Positions 1 through 7,770 of a stretch of 63,588 bases of DNA are shown here, in pieces. The notes under the pieces were generated by a model. The model did not search any database. It had not been told where the DNA came from and worked only from the letters and a program-made list of their open reading frames with translations. Position 1 is the first letter of the stretch. Each line of letters begins with the position of its first letter. The translations under genes and the position numbers were made by a program. Source of the DNA: Minisyncoccota bacterium (lineage in GTDB: Bacteria > Patescibacteriota > Minisyncoccia > Phycocordibacterales > PALSA-1337); NCBI GenBank assembly GCA_041671485.1, contig JBAZBL010000007.1:1-63588 (forward strand), in the 5' to 3' direction.

Positions 1-112
1 TTAAAAGGATTTCGTATGGTTTCCGCAATTTCGAAAACTATGTTCTCAAAATCACGCTCGCATTTTTGCCATTTTTATTTCTGAATCTTCCACACTAAAC
101 TTCATAGAACCT

Positions 113-141
113 AAAAACAGCCCCTTCACGAGAAGGAGCTG
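113..141 (-). terminator. Rho-independent terminator downstream of CDS 163..1239
   Basis: Minus-strand hairpin cagctcctt/aaggggctg followed by TTTTT. Its single non-WC pair is a G-U wobble only on the minus strand. Confidence 0.65.
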
Positions 142-162
142 CGACATGTCACCAACACAGCA

Positions 163-1239
163 CTACGGCGACATGACGGTGATCAGTCTGAAATATTTCA
201 TGGGATCAGGCTTTGGTACAAGCACCGGCTGTCCAGAATAGAGTGCTTGCTGATAATACACACTCCACGATGCTCCCGTGAAATTGTCGATAGACCACAA
301 CTGGTAAGGAATCCATAGTTGACCCCCATCCACTGTGATAATGACCGAATCTTGGTCATATATTCCAATCAGCAATTTGGGTCTAGCTTCGAAGACTGTC
401 TTCTTGCCAATCTCAACACTATTCTTGATCAGACTTACAGACAATGACTGCAACTCTGGTACAAATTGTGTCTTGATGAGATTGAAGTCCGAAGGCTTGG
501 TCGCACCGATCGAAACTGTGGCACCAAAGCGATACCACCAGTCGTAGCTGACTTGAGAAGGTAATTCCCCGTTGGAATAGACCTTGTCATCACCTCCAAC
601 AACCCATGTCGCAATCGAAGGGTTGTAGAATGATTCGATAAGACCATTGGTCCCCGTATCGATCCCAACGAAGTTGGCATTGAACGGGATTTCCATGCCA
701 GTTGTCGTATTGGTACCAACTGGAAACTCCATCGTCACGATGTTGGTAATAGTAGAAGCTACTCGGCACCTGTAATTGCTTACAGGATATTTACCGAAAG
801 CGTGTACTATGATCCGGTTACCATATTCAGTACCAGTAAATGGACTTGAGATATTCGTTGTCCCCATCCATGACTTAAAAGTAGTGGACACTGGATCGAA
901 CCATTGAAGACCGTTGTTTGGAATCACATACCAAGCAGCAGAATCAGTCATCCTGTCCGTTTCAACAGAGACCCCGGCCATGCCTGCCATGGCATTGACT
1001 CGGCTCTTGGCCAGATTTGGCGAGGAAGACGAACAGAGTGATGCAATGATTACCCCTTCCTCTCCAAAGAGTGGAGGGATCACGACTTCACCTGACGCAC
1101 TGACTTCTTTGGACACTTGGATCTTCTGGATCGGCTCCGAGAAGACCCCATCATCACGTAGATCAACGCCGGCAAAACTGCCAAGCGCCATCGCCACGAA
1201 CGCCGACACCAACATTGTTTTCTTCATAGCTTCTTTCAT
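163..1239 (-). CDS. Hypothetical secreted protein (signal peptide) in a GC-richer island. Its C-terminal module resembles that of CDS 49014..50006.
   Basis: 358-aa ORF. N-terminus MKKTMLVSAFVAMALGSFAG is signal-peptide-like. C-terminus ends ..KYFRLITVMSP, like ..GYFRTVTTNVSPY of the 49014 ORF. GC is visibly higher than the backbone. Confidence 0.6.
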   Translation of the reverse strand: MKEAMKKTMLVSAFVAMALGSFAGVDLRDDGVFSEPIQKIQVSKEVSASGEVVIPPLFGEEGVIIASLCSSSSPNLAKSRVNAMAGMAGVSVETDRMTDSAAWYVIPNNGLQWFDPVSTTFKSWMGTTNISSPFTGTEYGNRIIVHAFGKYPVSNYRCRVASTITNIVTMEFPVGTNTTTGMEIPFNANFVGIDTGTNGLIESFYNPSIATWVVGGDDKVYSNGELPSQVSYDWWYRFGATVSIGATKPSDFNLIKTQFVPELQSLSVSLIKNSVEIGKKTVFEARPKLLIGIYDQDSVIITVDGGQLWIPYQLWSIDNFTGASWSVYYQQALYSGQPVLVPKPDPMKYFRLITVMSP

Positions 1240-1383
1240 TGTTTTCCAATCAAATCTACAAGATTAGGTACCTTCCGGCACCAAAAGTTAGAGTCTTATA
1301 AATTTGACTGAAGTTCAGAATCTAATTCATTTCTATACTATATTGTCATATTTGTCAAGAGAGCTTCTATATTTGAAAAAAGA

Positions 1384-1389
1384 TATAAT
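1384..1389 (+). promoter_or_regulatory. -10 box (TATAAT) 6 nt upstream of ATG 1396; probable leaderless mRNA
   Basis: gaTATAATacttctATG; no SD between the -10 box and the start codon. Confidence 0.4.
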
Positions 1390-1395
1390 ACTTCT

Positions 1396-2085
1396 ATGTC
1401 TTCATCTACATTACTCTATGCAATCCTAGCTGGAGTCTTGCCCTCATTTATTTGGCTAGCTTTTTGGCTCCGTGAAGATATAGACAGGCCAGAACCACGA
1501 TCTCTTCTTGCAGGAGGATTCTTGGCAGGATCACTTTCTATCATAGTTGCTATATTTGCAGAAAAATACATATCCGATGTAGTAAACAATGAGAATCTTC
1601 GGTATGCACTTTGGGCCGCAGCAGAAGAAATGATCAAATTTGTCGCAGTAATTGTAGTTGCACTACGATCCAAATGGAATGATGAGCCAATCGATGCAAT
1701 GATATATATGATAACTGTAGCACTTGGCTTTGCTGCAATAGAGAATGCACTCTTTATCCTAGGACCACTATCAAATGGAGCTATAGCAGAAAGTATAGCA
1801 ACAGGTGGAATGCGTTTTATCGGAGCAACTCTAGTTCATGTAGTTAGTTCTGCTCTTATTGGATTTACACTGGGTCTAGCTTTTTACAAAGGCAAGATAG
1901 TCAAATTCATCGCTGCAATTGTAGGTCTAACTATGGCCATAGCTCTTCATGCTTCTTTCAATCTAACAATAATCAATAGTCATTCTACAGATATACTAAG
2001 AACTTTTGTATGGGTTTGGTCTGCTGTTGTAATATTGATTATTCTTTTCGAAGAAGTCAAAGTTGTTAGACCAAAGTTATTGTGA
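1396..2085 (+). CDS. PrsW-family intramembrane metalloprotease
   Basis: Polytopic membrane ORF with the family motifs EExxK (AAEEMIKF) and HxxxN (ALHASFN). Confidence 0.65.
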   Translation: MSSSTLLYAILAGVLPSFIWLAFWLREDIDRPEPRSLLAGGFLAGSLSIIVAIFAEKYISDVVNNENLRYALWAAAEEMIKFVAVIVVALRSKWNDEPIDAMIYMITVALGFAAIENALFILGPLSNGAIAESIATGGMRFIGATLVHVVSSALIGFTLGLAFYKGKIVKFIAAIVGLTMAIALHASFNLTIINSHSTDILRTFVWVWSAVVILIILFEEVKVVRPKLL

Positions 2086-2172
2086 AGATAAATATCTTAT
2101 ACACATATTGCTCTTTAAACTTTACTTCAATCTAGTGTATAATTGTTATAATAATTTAATCCATCGAATAAT

Positions 2173-2652
2173 ATGCAAAAAGATAAAAAATCATTCTTTG
2201 AACGTCTAACAGGTACTATCCGTATGAATAATAATAATTCCGATGATGATCGAGAATTAAGACCGAGTTCACGAAATGGCAAAGATGTACCTTCTTCATG
2301 GCTAGATGAAGAATCAGATAGAGACGGTGAACTCACTGTGGATGTATATCAGACTCCGGATATGATCGTTGTAAAAAGCATGATTGCTGGTGTTAGACCA
2401 GAAGATCTAGACGTTACGATTACTCGCGATATGATCACAATTCATGGCAAAAGAGAAGAAGAAAGAGTGAGTGGTGATGATGACTATTTTGTACGAGAAT
2501 TGTATTGGGGCTCATTTTCTCGCACCATACAGCTACCAGAAGAAATAGACGTTGACGAAGCAGAAGCTATAGAAAAGCACGGTCTCCTCATCTTGAAATT
2601 ACCCAAACTCGATAGAAAACGACAATCAAAGTTGAAAGTTAGAACAGCATAA
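2173..2652 (+). CDS. Hsp20/alpha-crystallin small heat-shock protein
   Basis: 159 aa with an alpha-crystallin domain (DVYQTPDMIVVKSMIAGVRPEDLDVTI...GLLILKLPK). Confidence 0.85.
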   Translation: MQKDKKSFFERLTGTIRMNNNNSDDDRELRPSSRNGKDVPSSWLDEESDRDGELTVDVYQTPDMIVVKSMIAGVRPEDLDVTITRDMITIHGKREEERVSGDDDYFVRELYWGSFSRTIQLPEEIDVDEAEAIEKHGLLILKLPKLDRKRQSKLKVRTA

Positions 2653-2669
2653 AACTATTTATTCAATAA

Positions 2670-2700
2670 AAATCTCGAGTATTGCTCGAGATTTTTATTT
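2670..2700 (+). terminator. Rho-independent terminator after the hsp20-like gene
   Basis: aaatctcgag-tattg-ctcgagattt followed by a T-rich tail. Confidence 0.8.
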
Positions 2701-2710
2701 ATACTATATG

Positions 2711-2784
2711 TGCCGAGGGCCGGGATCGAACCGGCGACCTCTTCCTCTTCAGGGAAGCGCTACTACCAACTGAGCTACCTCGGC
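2711..2784 (-). tRNA. tRNA-Phe (GAA)
   Basis: Manual cloverleaf: acceptor GCCGAGG/CCTCGGC, anticodon arm CTTCC-CTGAAGA-GGAAG, T arm GCCGG-TTCGATC-CCGGC. No encoded CCA. Confidence 0.9.
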
Positions 2785-2794
2785 AAATTTATTT

Positions 2795-3094
2795 TCAATT
2801 CAAAAGATCCCTAAATAGATTGGTAGTATTTTGAATACTATTTATACTATTCGTACTAGTATTACCTACATTGCCAATATCACCATACAAGCCAGATACT
2901 GCTTCTATATAGGGTTGTATCAAGTAATATGCACCCAAACTCAAACTAATAATGATCACCCAATATGCTATCCTTGTTATCGTTGCAAAACGCCCAGCAC
3001 GACGTATTTTGTGAAGCAATCCATTGTTTTCCTCCACCAATTTGTACGTACGTTCAAGCAATGATTTTTCTTCAGGTGTCATAACAGGTATCAT
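2795..3094 (-). CDS. Hypothetical small membrane protein
   Basis: 99-aa ORF with one central hydrophobic segment; no recognisable family. Confidence 0.45.
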   Translation of the reverse strand: MIPVMTPEEKSLLERTYKLVEENNGLLHKIRRAGRFATITRIAYWVIIISLSLGAYYLIQPYIEAVSGLYGDIGNVGNTSTNSINSIQNTTNLFRDLLN

Positions 3095-3139
3095 AACAGA
3101 TTTATTTTTTTCATGGAAGTGTGATACATTTGTCTATAT

Positions 3140-3214
3140 GCCCTCGTAGTTAAATGGATATAACTGCGCCGTCCTAAGGCGTTATTGTAGGTTCGATTCC
3201 TACCGAGGGCACCA
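3140..3214 (+). tRNA. tRNA-Arg (CCT), CCA encoded
   Basis: Acceptor GCCCTCG/CGAGGGC, anticodon arm GCGCC-GTCCTAA-GGCGT, T arm GTAGG-TTCGATT-CCTAC, 3-prime ACCA. Confidence 0.9.
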
Positions 3215-3252
3215 GAATAGAAAAACTGTTTCTTATTCACAAAAAAACCTAT

Positions 3253-3279
3253 TTGACAGGCCATATTTTGTGCTATAAT
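3253..3279 (+). promoter_or_regulatory. Candidate sigma70-like promoter for the glutaredoxin-like gene
   Basis: TTGACA-N15-TATAAT with a TGc extended -10. The spacer is shorter than optimal. Confidence 0.4.
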
Positions 3280-3340
3280 AGTAGTCCTAGTCAATAAATT
3301 AGAAATTTATAAAAATATCTCACATAAAATAATAAATAAT

Positions 3341-3577
3341 ATGCAAAATGTAACTATATATTCAACGCCAACTTGTGTGTATTGCAATATGGCAAAGTCT
3401 TTTTTCAAGTCAAATAATATCGCTTTTACAGAATACAATGTCGCAACAGACATGGAAAAGCGCAAAGAAATGATAGATAAAACGGGACAAATGGGTGTCC
3501 CAGTCATTAGTGTCGGAGAAGAAATTGTAGTCGGTTTCAATGAAGAAAAGCTAAAGTCATCACTCGGTATCAAATAG
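3341..3577 (+). CDS. Glutaredoxin-like protein (NrdH/Grx family)
   Basis: 78 aa with a CVYC redox motif after beta-1 (VTIYSTPTCVYC) and a GVPVI motif. Confidence 0.8.
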   Translation: MQNVTIYSTPTCVYCNMAKSFFKSNNIAFTEYNVATDMEKRKEMIDKTGQMGVPVISVGEEIVVGFNEEKLKSSLGIK

Positions 3578-3578
3578 G

Positions 3579-3649
3579 TGCGGGTACGGAGAATCGAACT
3601 CCGATCTACTGCTTGGGAAGCAGTCATTTTACCACTAAACTATGCCCGC
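3579..3649 (-). tRNA. tRNA-Gly (CCC)
   Basis: Anticodon arm ACTGC-TTCCCAA-GCAGT, T arm CGGAG-TTCGATT-CTCCG. One C-A mismatch in the acceptor stem. Confidence 0.85.
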
Positions 3650-3650
3650 C

Positions 3651-3750
3651 TACGCTCCTCGCTTTGCTCGGAGCTTCGGCGGACCTTCGGTTCTTCATTC
3701 GCTTCGCTCATTCAGAACCTTCGGCCCGCCACAAAAAGTCCGAGCAAGAA
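3651..3750 (-). repeat. GC-rich palindromic element, copy 3 (inverted relative to copies at 38137 and 40792)
   Basis: Nested hairpin ttgctcgga...tccgagcaa. Its loop core cattcgcttcgctc is the reverse complement of gagcgaagcgaatg, which is identical in copy 2 (40792) and present with 2 single-nt insertions in copy 1 (38137). Confidence 0.6.
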
Positions 3751-3763
3751 ATCCATACTACTA

Positions 3764-4147
3764 TCATATCCCAAATACTTTCAACCATCTTTTCAACCAC
3801 GATATCTGTTTCGTCGTCTTTATAGGACTAGTCGTTGGAGCTGACGATTCATCTACAATAACAGCAACAGATTCACCTTCAAATGCCACACGAAATTTGC
3901 TTCTTATCTCTGATTCTATACCTCGATCTGTGGATAGATATGCAACCTTATCTTCCAAATCATTTTTTCTTGATTCAAGATTGTCTAGTGTAGCCTGCGC
4001 TTGTACCAGCCGATCCAAACTAGTATCATATTTCTTCATGATATTTATAGTTCCTTTGATAAGGAAAACAATAACAATCAAAAGTACAATAGATGAAAGT
4101 GGTGATGATACAATCTTTTTCCACGGTGATTGATTGCGATATTTCAT
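3764..4147 (-). CDS. FtsB/DivIC-like septum formation initiator
   Basis: 127 aa: N-terminal TM, a coiled coil, then ...GIESEIRSKFRVAFEGESV, typical of the family. Confidence 0.5.
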   Translation of the reverse strand: MKYRNQSPWKKIVSSPLSSIVLLIVIVFLIKGTINIMKKYDTSLDRLVQAQATLDNLESRKNDLEDKVAYLSTDRGIESEIRSKFRVAFEGESVAVIVDESSAPTTSPIKTTKQISWLKRWLKVFGI

Positions 4148-4276
4148 ACTCCAAAGTATACTATATCTAATGCTATTTCACGAAAAATCTAGAAAAGCGA
4201 TAAGTGTCGGCTTTATAGTTGTGGGCATTTTGGTCATCATAAGTATGATAATGCTTTACTTCCCTATCTGGAGACT

Positions 4277-6064
4277 CTAATCGTTCCTCATCATTTTGAT
4301 GAAAGCTTGTTGTGGTATATTCACTTTGCCATGTTCTTTTAGACGTTTGCGACCTTGCTTTTGCTTTTCTCGCAATTTCATTTTGCGAGTAATATCTCCA
4401 CCAGAAAGTGTAGCAGCTGCGTCTTTCTTCATGCCTGAAAGAGTTCGTGAAGCCAATATACGTCCATGAGCTTTTGCTTGTATCTTGAATGTAAACAATT
4501 CGCGTGGCAATATTTTGTGCAATTTTTCTACTACTTGTTCTGCTTCTTCTTGTACTCTTTTCCTAGATACAACTCTAGCAAAAGCTGGTACAGATTCATC
4601 TGCTACCAATATATCCATACGCATAACATCAGCCAATCTATTGCCTGTTATATCGTATGAAATTGATGCATAACCAGAAGATACACTTTTCACTTCATCA
4701 AAGAAATTACGCATAAGTTCTCGGAGTGGCATATCGAGTGTTATTATTGTGCGATTATCACCAAAATTATCTGTGGACGTAATCTCTCCTTCATGTTCAT
4801 AGATAGATTTCATCAGTCCACCAATATACGAGGGTGGAGTAATAATCTTCATAGTTATAACTGGCTCACTGACCTCCACGACTTCATGATCATCTGGGAA
4901 AAGTGGTGGTGAATATACTTTTATTTCTTTGCTATTTTTCAATTTGACCGAATATATGATAGTCGGCATAGTGACAATAAGTTCAAGGTTGAATTCTCTT
5001 CGCAAGCGCTCTGTGATAATCTCCAAATGAAGCATACCAAGAAAACCACAACGATATCCTTTTCCTAGGGTACCAGATGCTTCTTCTTCATATGTAAATG
5101 CAGAATCAGATAGACTCAACCTTCCCAAGGCCTGTCGCAGTAATACCAGATTGTCTTGACTCTCTGGATATATAGATGCCCAAACAACAGGTCTAGGCCT
5201 CTTATAACCTTCTAGGGCTGGTTCATTGTCCTTCTCTGTAGAAACAGTATCACCAACAGAAGCAATACCTGGCTCTTTTATACCAGTTACGATATAACCT
5301 ATTTCTCCAGCATTTAGTGAATCAACTATAGTCTCTTCTGGCATAAATACACCTACATCTATCGCTTCAAATATTCTATCTGCTATTTTGAACTTCAATT
5401 TATCGTGTTTTCTGACTGATCCTGACATCACGCGCACATAGACGATTACACCTGTATGATTGGAGTATTGGAAATCAAATACAAGCGAGCTAAATTGATT
5501 GTTATTTATCAATTTCTCTTTAGGGGGTGGCACACGTGAAATTATTTCATTTAATAGATTCTCTACTCCTTCACCAGTCTTGCCAGAGACTTTCAAAATC
5601 TCATCTCTGGAACAATCGAGCAATTGACTGATCTCTTTCACTGTCTCTTCTACGTCTGCTAATGGTGAATCTATCTTGCTTATAACAGGGATTATAGTCA
5701 GTCCAATCTCGCGCGCCATATTCAATGTTGTAAGAGTCTGTGCTTGCACCCCTTGAGTCGCATCTACCAATAGTATTGAACCCTCAACAGCTTTTAGAGC
5801 TCGAGATACTTCGTATGAGAAATCTATATGACCAGGAGTATCAATCAGGTTTAAGGTGTAATTATCTGCCCATTTCATCCTCACAGGCTGTAATTTGATC
5901 GTAATACCCCTTTCACGCTCCAATTCCATAGAATCCAAGAACTGATCCTGCATTTTGCGCTTTTCTATTGTACCTGTGATTTCAAGCATCCTATCGGCAA
6001 GTGTAGATTTGCCGTGGTCTATATGAGCAATGATAGAAAAATTGCGAATGTTGTTTTTATTCAT
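4277..6064 (-). CDS. lepA: Translation elongation factor 4 (LepA)
   Basis: 595 aa with GTPase motifs AHIDHGKST, DTPGH and the LepA C-terminal domain. Confidence 0.95.
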   Translation of the reverse strand: MNKNNIRNFSIIAHIDHGKSTLADRMLEITGTIEKRKMQDQFLDSMELERERGITIKLQPVRMKWADNYTLNLIDTPGHIDFSYEVSRALKAVEGSILLVDATQGVQAQTLTTLNMAREIGLTIIPVISKIDSPLADVEETVKEISQLLDCSRDEILKVSGKTGEGVENLLNEIISRVPPPKEKLINNNQFSSLVFDFQYSNHTGVIVYVRVMSGSVRKHDKLKFKIADRIFEAIDVGVFMPEETIVDSLNAGEIGYIVTGIKEPGIASVGDTVSTEKDNEPALEGYKRPRPVVWASIYPESQDNLVLLRQALGRLSLSDSAFTYEEEASGTLGKGYRCGFLGMLHLEIITERLRREFNLELIVTMPTIIYSVKLKNSKEIKVYSPPLFPDDHEVVEVSEPVITMKIITPPSYIGGLMKSIYEHEGEITSTDNFGDNRTIITLDMPLRELMRNFFDEVKSVSSGYASISYDITGNRLADVMRMDILVADESVPAFARVVSRKRVQEEAEQVVEKLHKILPRELFTFKIQAKAHGRILASRTLSGMKKDAAATLSGGDITRKMKLREKQKQGRKRLKEHGKVNIPQQAFIKMMRND

Positions 6065-6088
6065 TGTCCACTGAATATAGCAGAAATA

Positions 6089-7768
6089 TCACATTCTCTC
6101 CACTTCTGCAGGAGGTATGACTACTTTCCATATCTTTCCATGTATAGTGCGCCATACTTCTTTGAATTCTCTATTCTTGAGTAAGATGAGGATAATGATA
6201 CCAATAACAATTCCAAATAGACCAGCACATAAGCCTTGCATGAATATTCCCCAAACTTTATTTAGTGGAAATATTTGATCAAATACTCGCAAAGAAAGAA
6301 AAGCCGCATAACCCATAATTATTGATGATGCAAAACTATGATAAAAGGTTGCTAGCACTGGCCTACTGAAATCTCTATATTTTCTAGTAAATACATACCA
6401 ATGTAATACAAGATTTATTATTGTACCTATAGAATATGCAAGTCCCAACATCAAAACACTAGTTCCTATTTGACCACCAACTTTGAGCAAATCTTCGAAG
6501 AAGAAACTAAATGCTGGCCAAGAATAAAACAATTTGGTGAGTACATAACCAAGTATAATGATAATGACAGCTGAAATTATATTTATTAGAAGTGGTTTTT
6601 GTGTCTCACCTTCCGCATAAAATGCCCGAATGAAAAGTATAACTAGACTTTGTCCTATGGTAGAGATAATAAATAATGCTAGCATTGCAGCAGTGAGCCG
6701 TGTATCAGCCCAATCAAATTGTCCTGAACCGAGAATAGTACGCACTATCTGTGCTCTAAGTACTATAAAGAGTATCATGATAGGCATTGACCAGAAGATG
6801 ATATGTTGAGCAGAAATGATCATTTTTTCCAAAAATTCTTTTCCGTTCTTTTCGAAATATAGACGAGAAAGGGTTGGAAATACAGCCGATGAATAACTAA
6901 CTCCTATTATGGTGAGTGGCACTGCTTGCAGATTGAATGCAAAATTAAAAACAGATATAGATCCTGGAACCATGAGAGAAGCGATGGCAACGAGAACAAA
7001 TGAAGCAATCTGATTTGCTGCAAGAGTTATCGTACGTGGTAATGTGCTTAGAACAACACTCTTTATCTTTATCCACTGTACAATCATGGTAAACCTAGGG
7101 ACCAACTTTTCATATGATAGAAAAGGTATTTGTATAGCCATATGCATGAAAGCTCCTATTACTACACCGATGGCCAAACCATAAATACCTACTAAGGGAT
7201 ATATAAATAGGATGCCAATGATAATGCCGAGATTATAAACAACAGGACTGATAGCATAGACCAAGAAACGATGTCTCATCTGTGTAAGACTAGAATACAA
7301 ATTCGAAAGACCCAAAAATAGAGGTGACAATAGCATTATCCTTATCGAAAGGATGAGTTGTGGTAAATATGGATCATTGGCAAAACCTGGAATTATTTTT
7401 GGCGTGATCCATGGAGTAATAAAATATACTATCACACTTACTATAATTATGGCTGTAAAGAAAACAGTAAATATTGTATCCGAAAATGATTTCCCTTCTT
7501 TGTCACTTTCACCAAACTTATTTATGAAATATGGCAGTAATATAGATGCCGAAACCAAAGAACCAATAGAGACAAATATAAGATCTGGCACACGGAATGC
7601 AGCATAATATATATCGAGAGTATGACTAGCACCAAATGAATACGCAAAGAGCTTGTCTCGAACCAAAGCAAGTATTTGTGACAATAGAGCAAAGAATGCA
7701 AGGAGATACGCGGCCTCATGAAGACCGCGTATCTCTCGAGCCATAATACTAAATAATCTCCTAACCAT
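6089..7768 (-). CDS. murJ: Lipid II flippase MurJ/MviN
   Basis: 559-aa polytopic protein with a MurJ-like N-terminus (ILALVRDKLFAYSFGASHTLDIYYAAFRVPD). Confidence 0.85.
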   Translation of the reverse strand: MVRRLFSIMAREIRGLHEAAYLLAFFALLSQILALVRDKLFAYSFGASHTLDIYYAAFRVPDLIFVSIGSLVSASILLPYFINKFGESDKEGKSFSDTIFTVFFTAIIIVSVIVYFITPWITPKIIPGFANDPYLPQLILSIRIMLLSPLFLGLSNLYSSLTQMRHRFLVYAISPVVYNLGIIIGILFIYPLVGIYGLAIGVVIGAFMHMAIQIPFLSYEKLVPRFTMIVQWIKIKSVVLSTLPRTITLAANQIASFVLVAIASLMVPGSISVFNFAFNLQAVPLTIIGVSYSSAVFPTLSRLYFEKNGKEFLEKMIISAQHIIFWSMPIMILFIVLRAQIVRTILGSGQFDWADTRLTAAMLALFIISTIGQSLVILFIRAFYAEGETQKPLLINIISAVIIIILGYVLTKLFYSWPAFSFFFEDLLKVGGQIGTSVLMLGLAYSIGTIINLVLHWYVFTRKYRDFSRPVLATFYHSFASSIIMGYAAFLSLRVFDQIFPLNKVWGIFMQGLCAGLFGIVIGIIILILLKNREFKEVWRTIHGKIWKVVIPPAEVERM

Positions 7769-7770
7769 AA

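Noticed and set aside
3253-3264. Shared motif TTGACAGGCCAT at 3253 and 61013 as a conserved regulatory element
   Set aside because: It is only a ~12-14-nt match. The second copy has no properly spaced -10 box and probably belongs to the hairpin aaatatggc/gccatattt nearby.
3091-3844. ORFs 3091..3294, 3307..3627, 3578..3844, 3613..3825 and 3642..4133
   Set aside because: They overlap tRNA-Arg, tRNA-Gly or the GC-rich palindromic element, or are antisense to the clear glutaredoxin-like and FtsB-like genes.
4223-4232. GTTGTGGG octamer in the lepA downstream spacer, as a further copy of the A/B element
   Set aside because: Only the 8-mer matches. There are no flanking inverted repeats or other conserved blocks.
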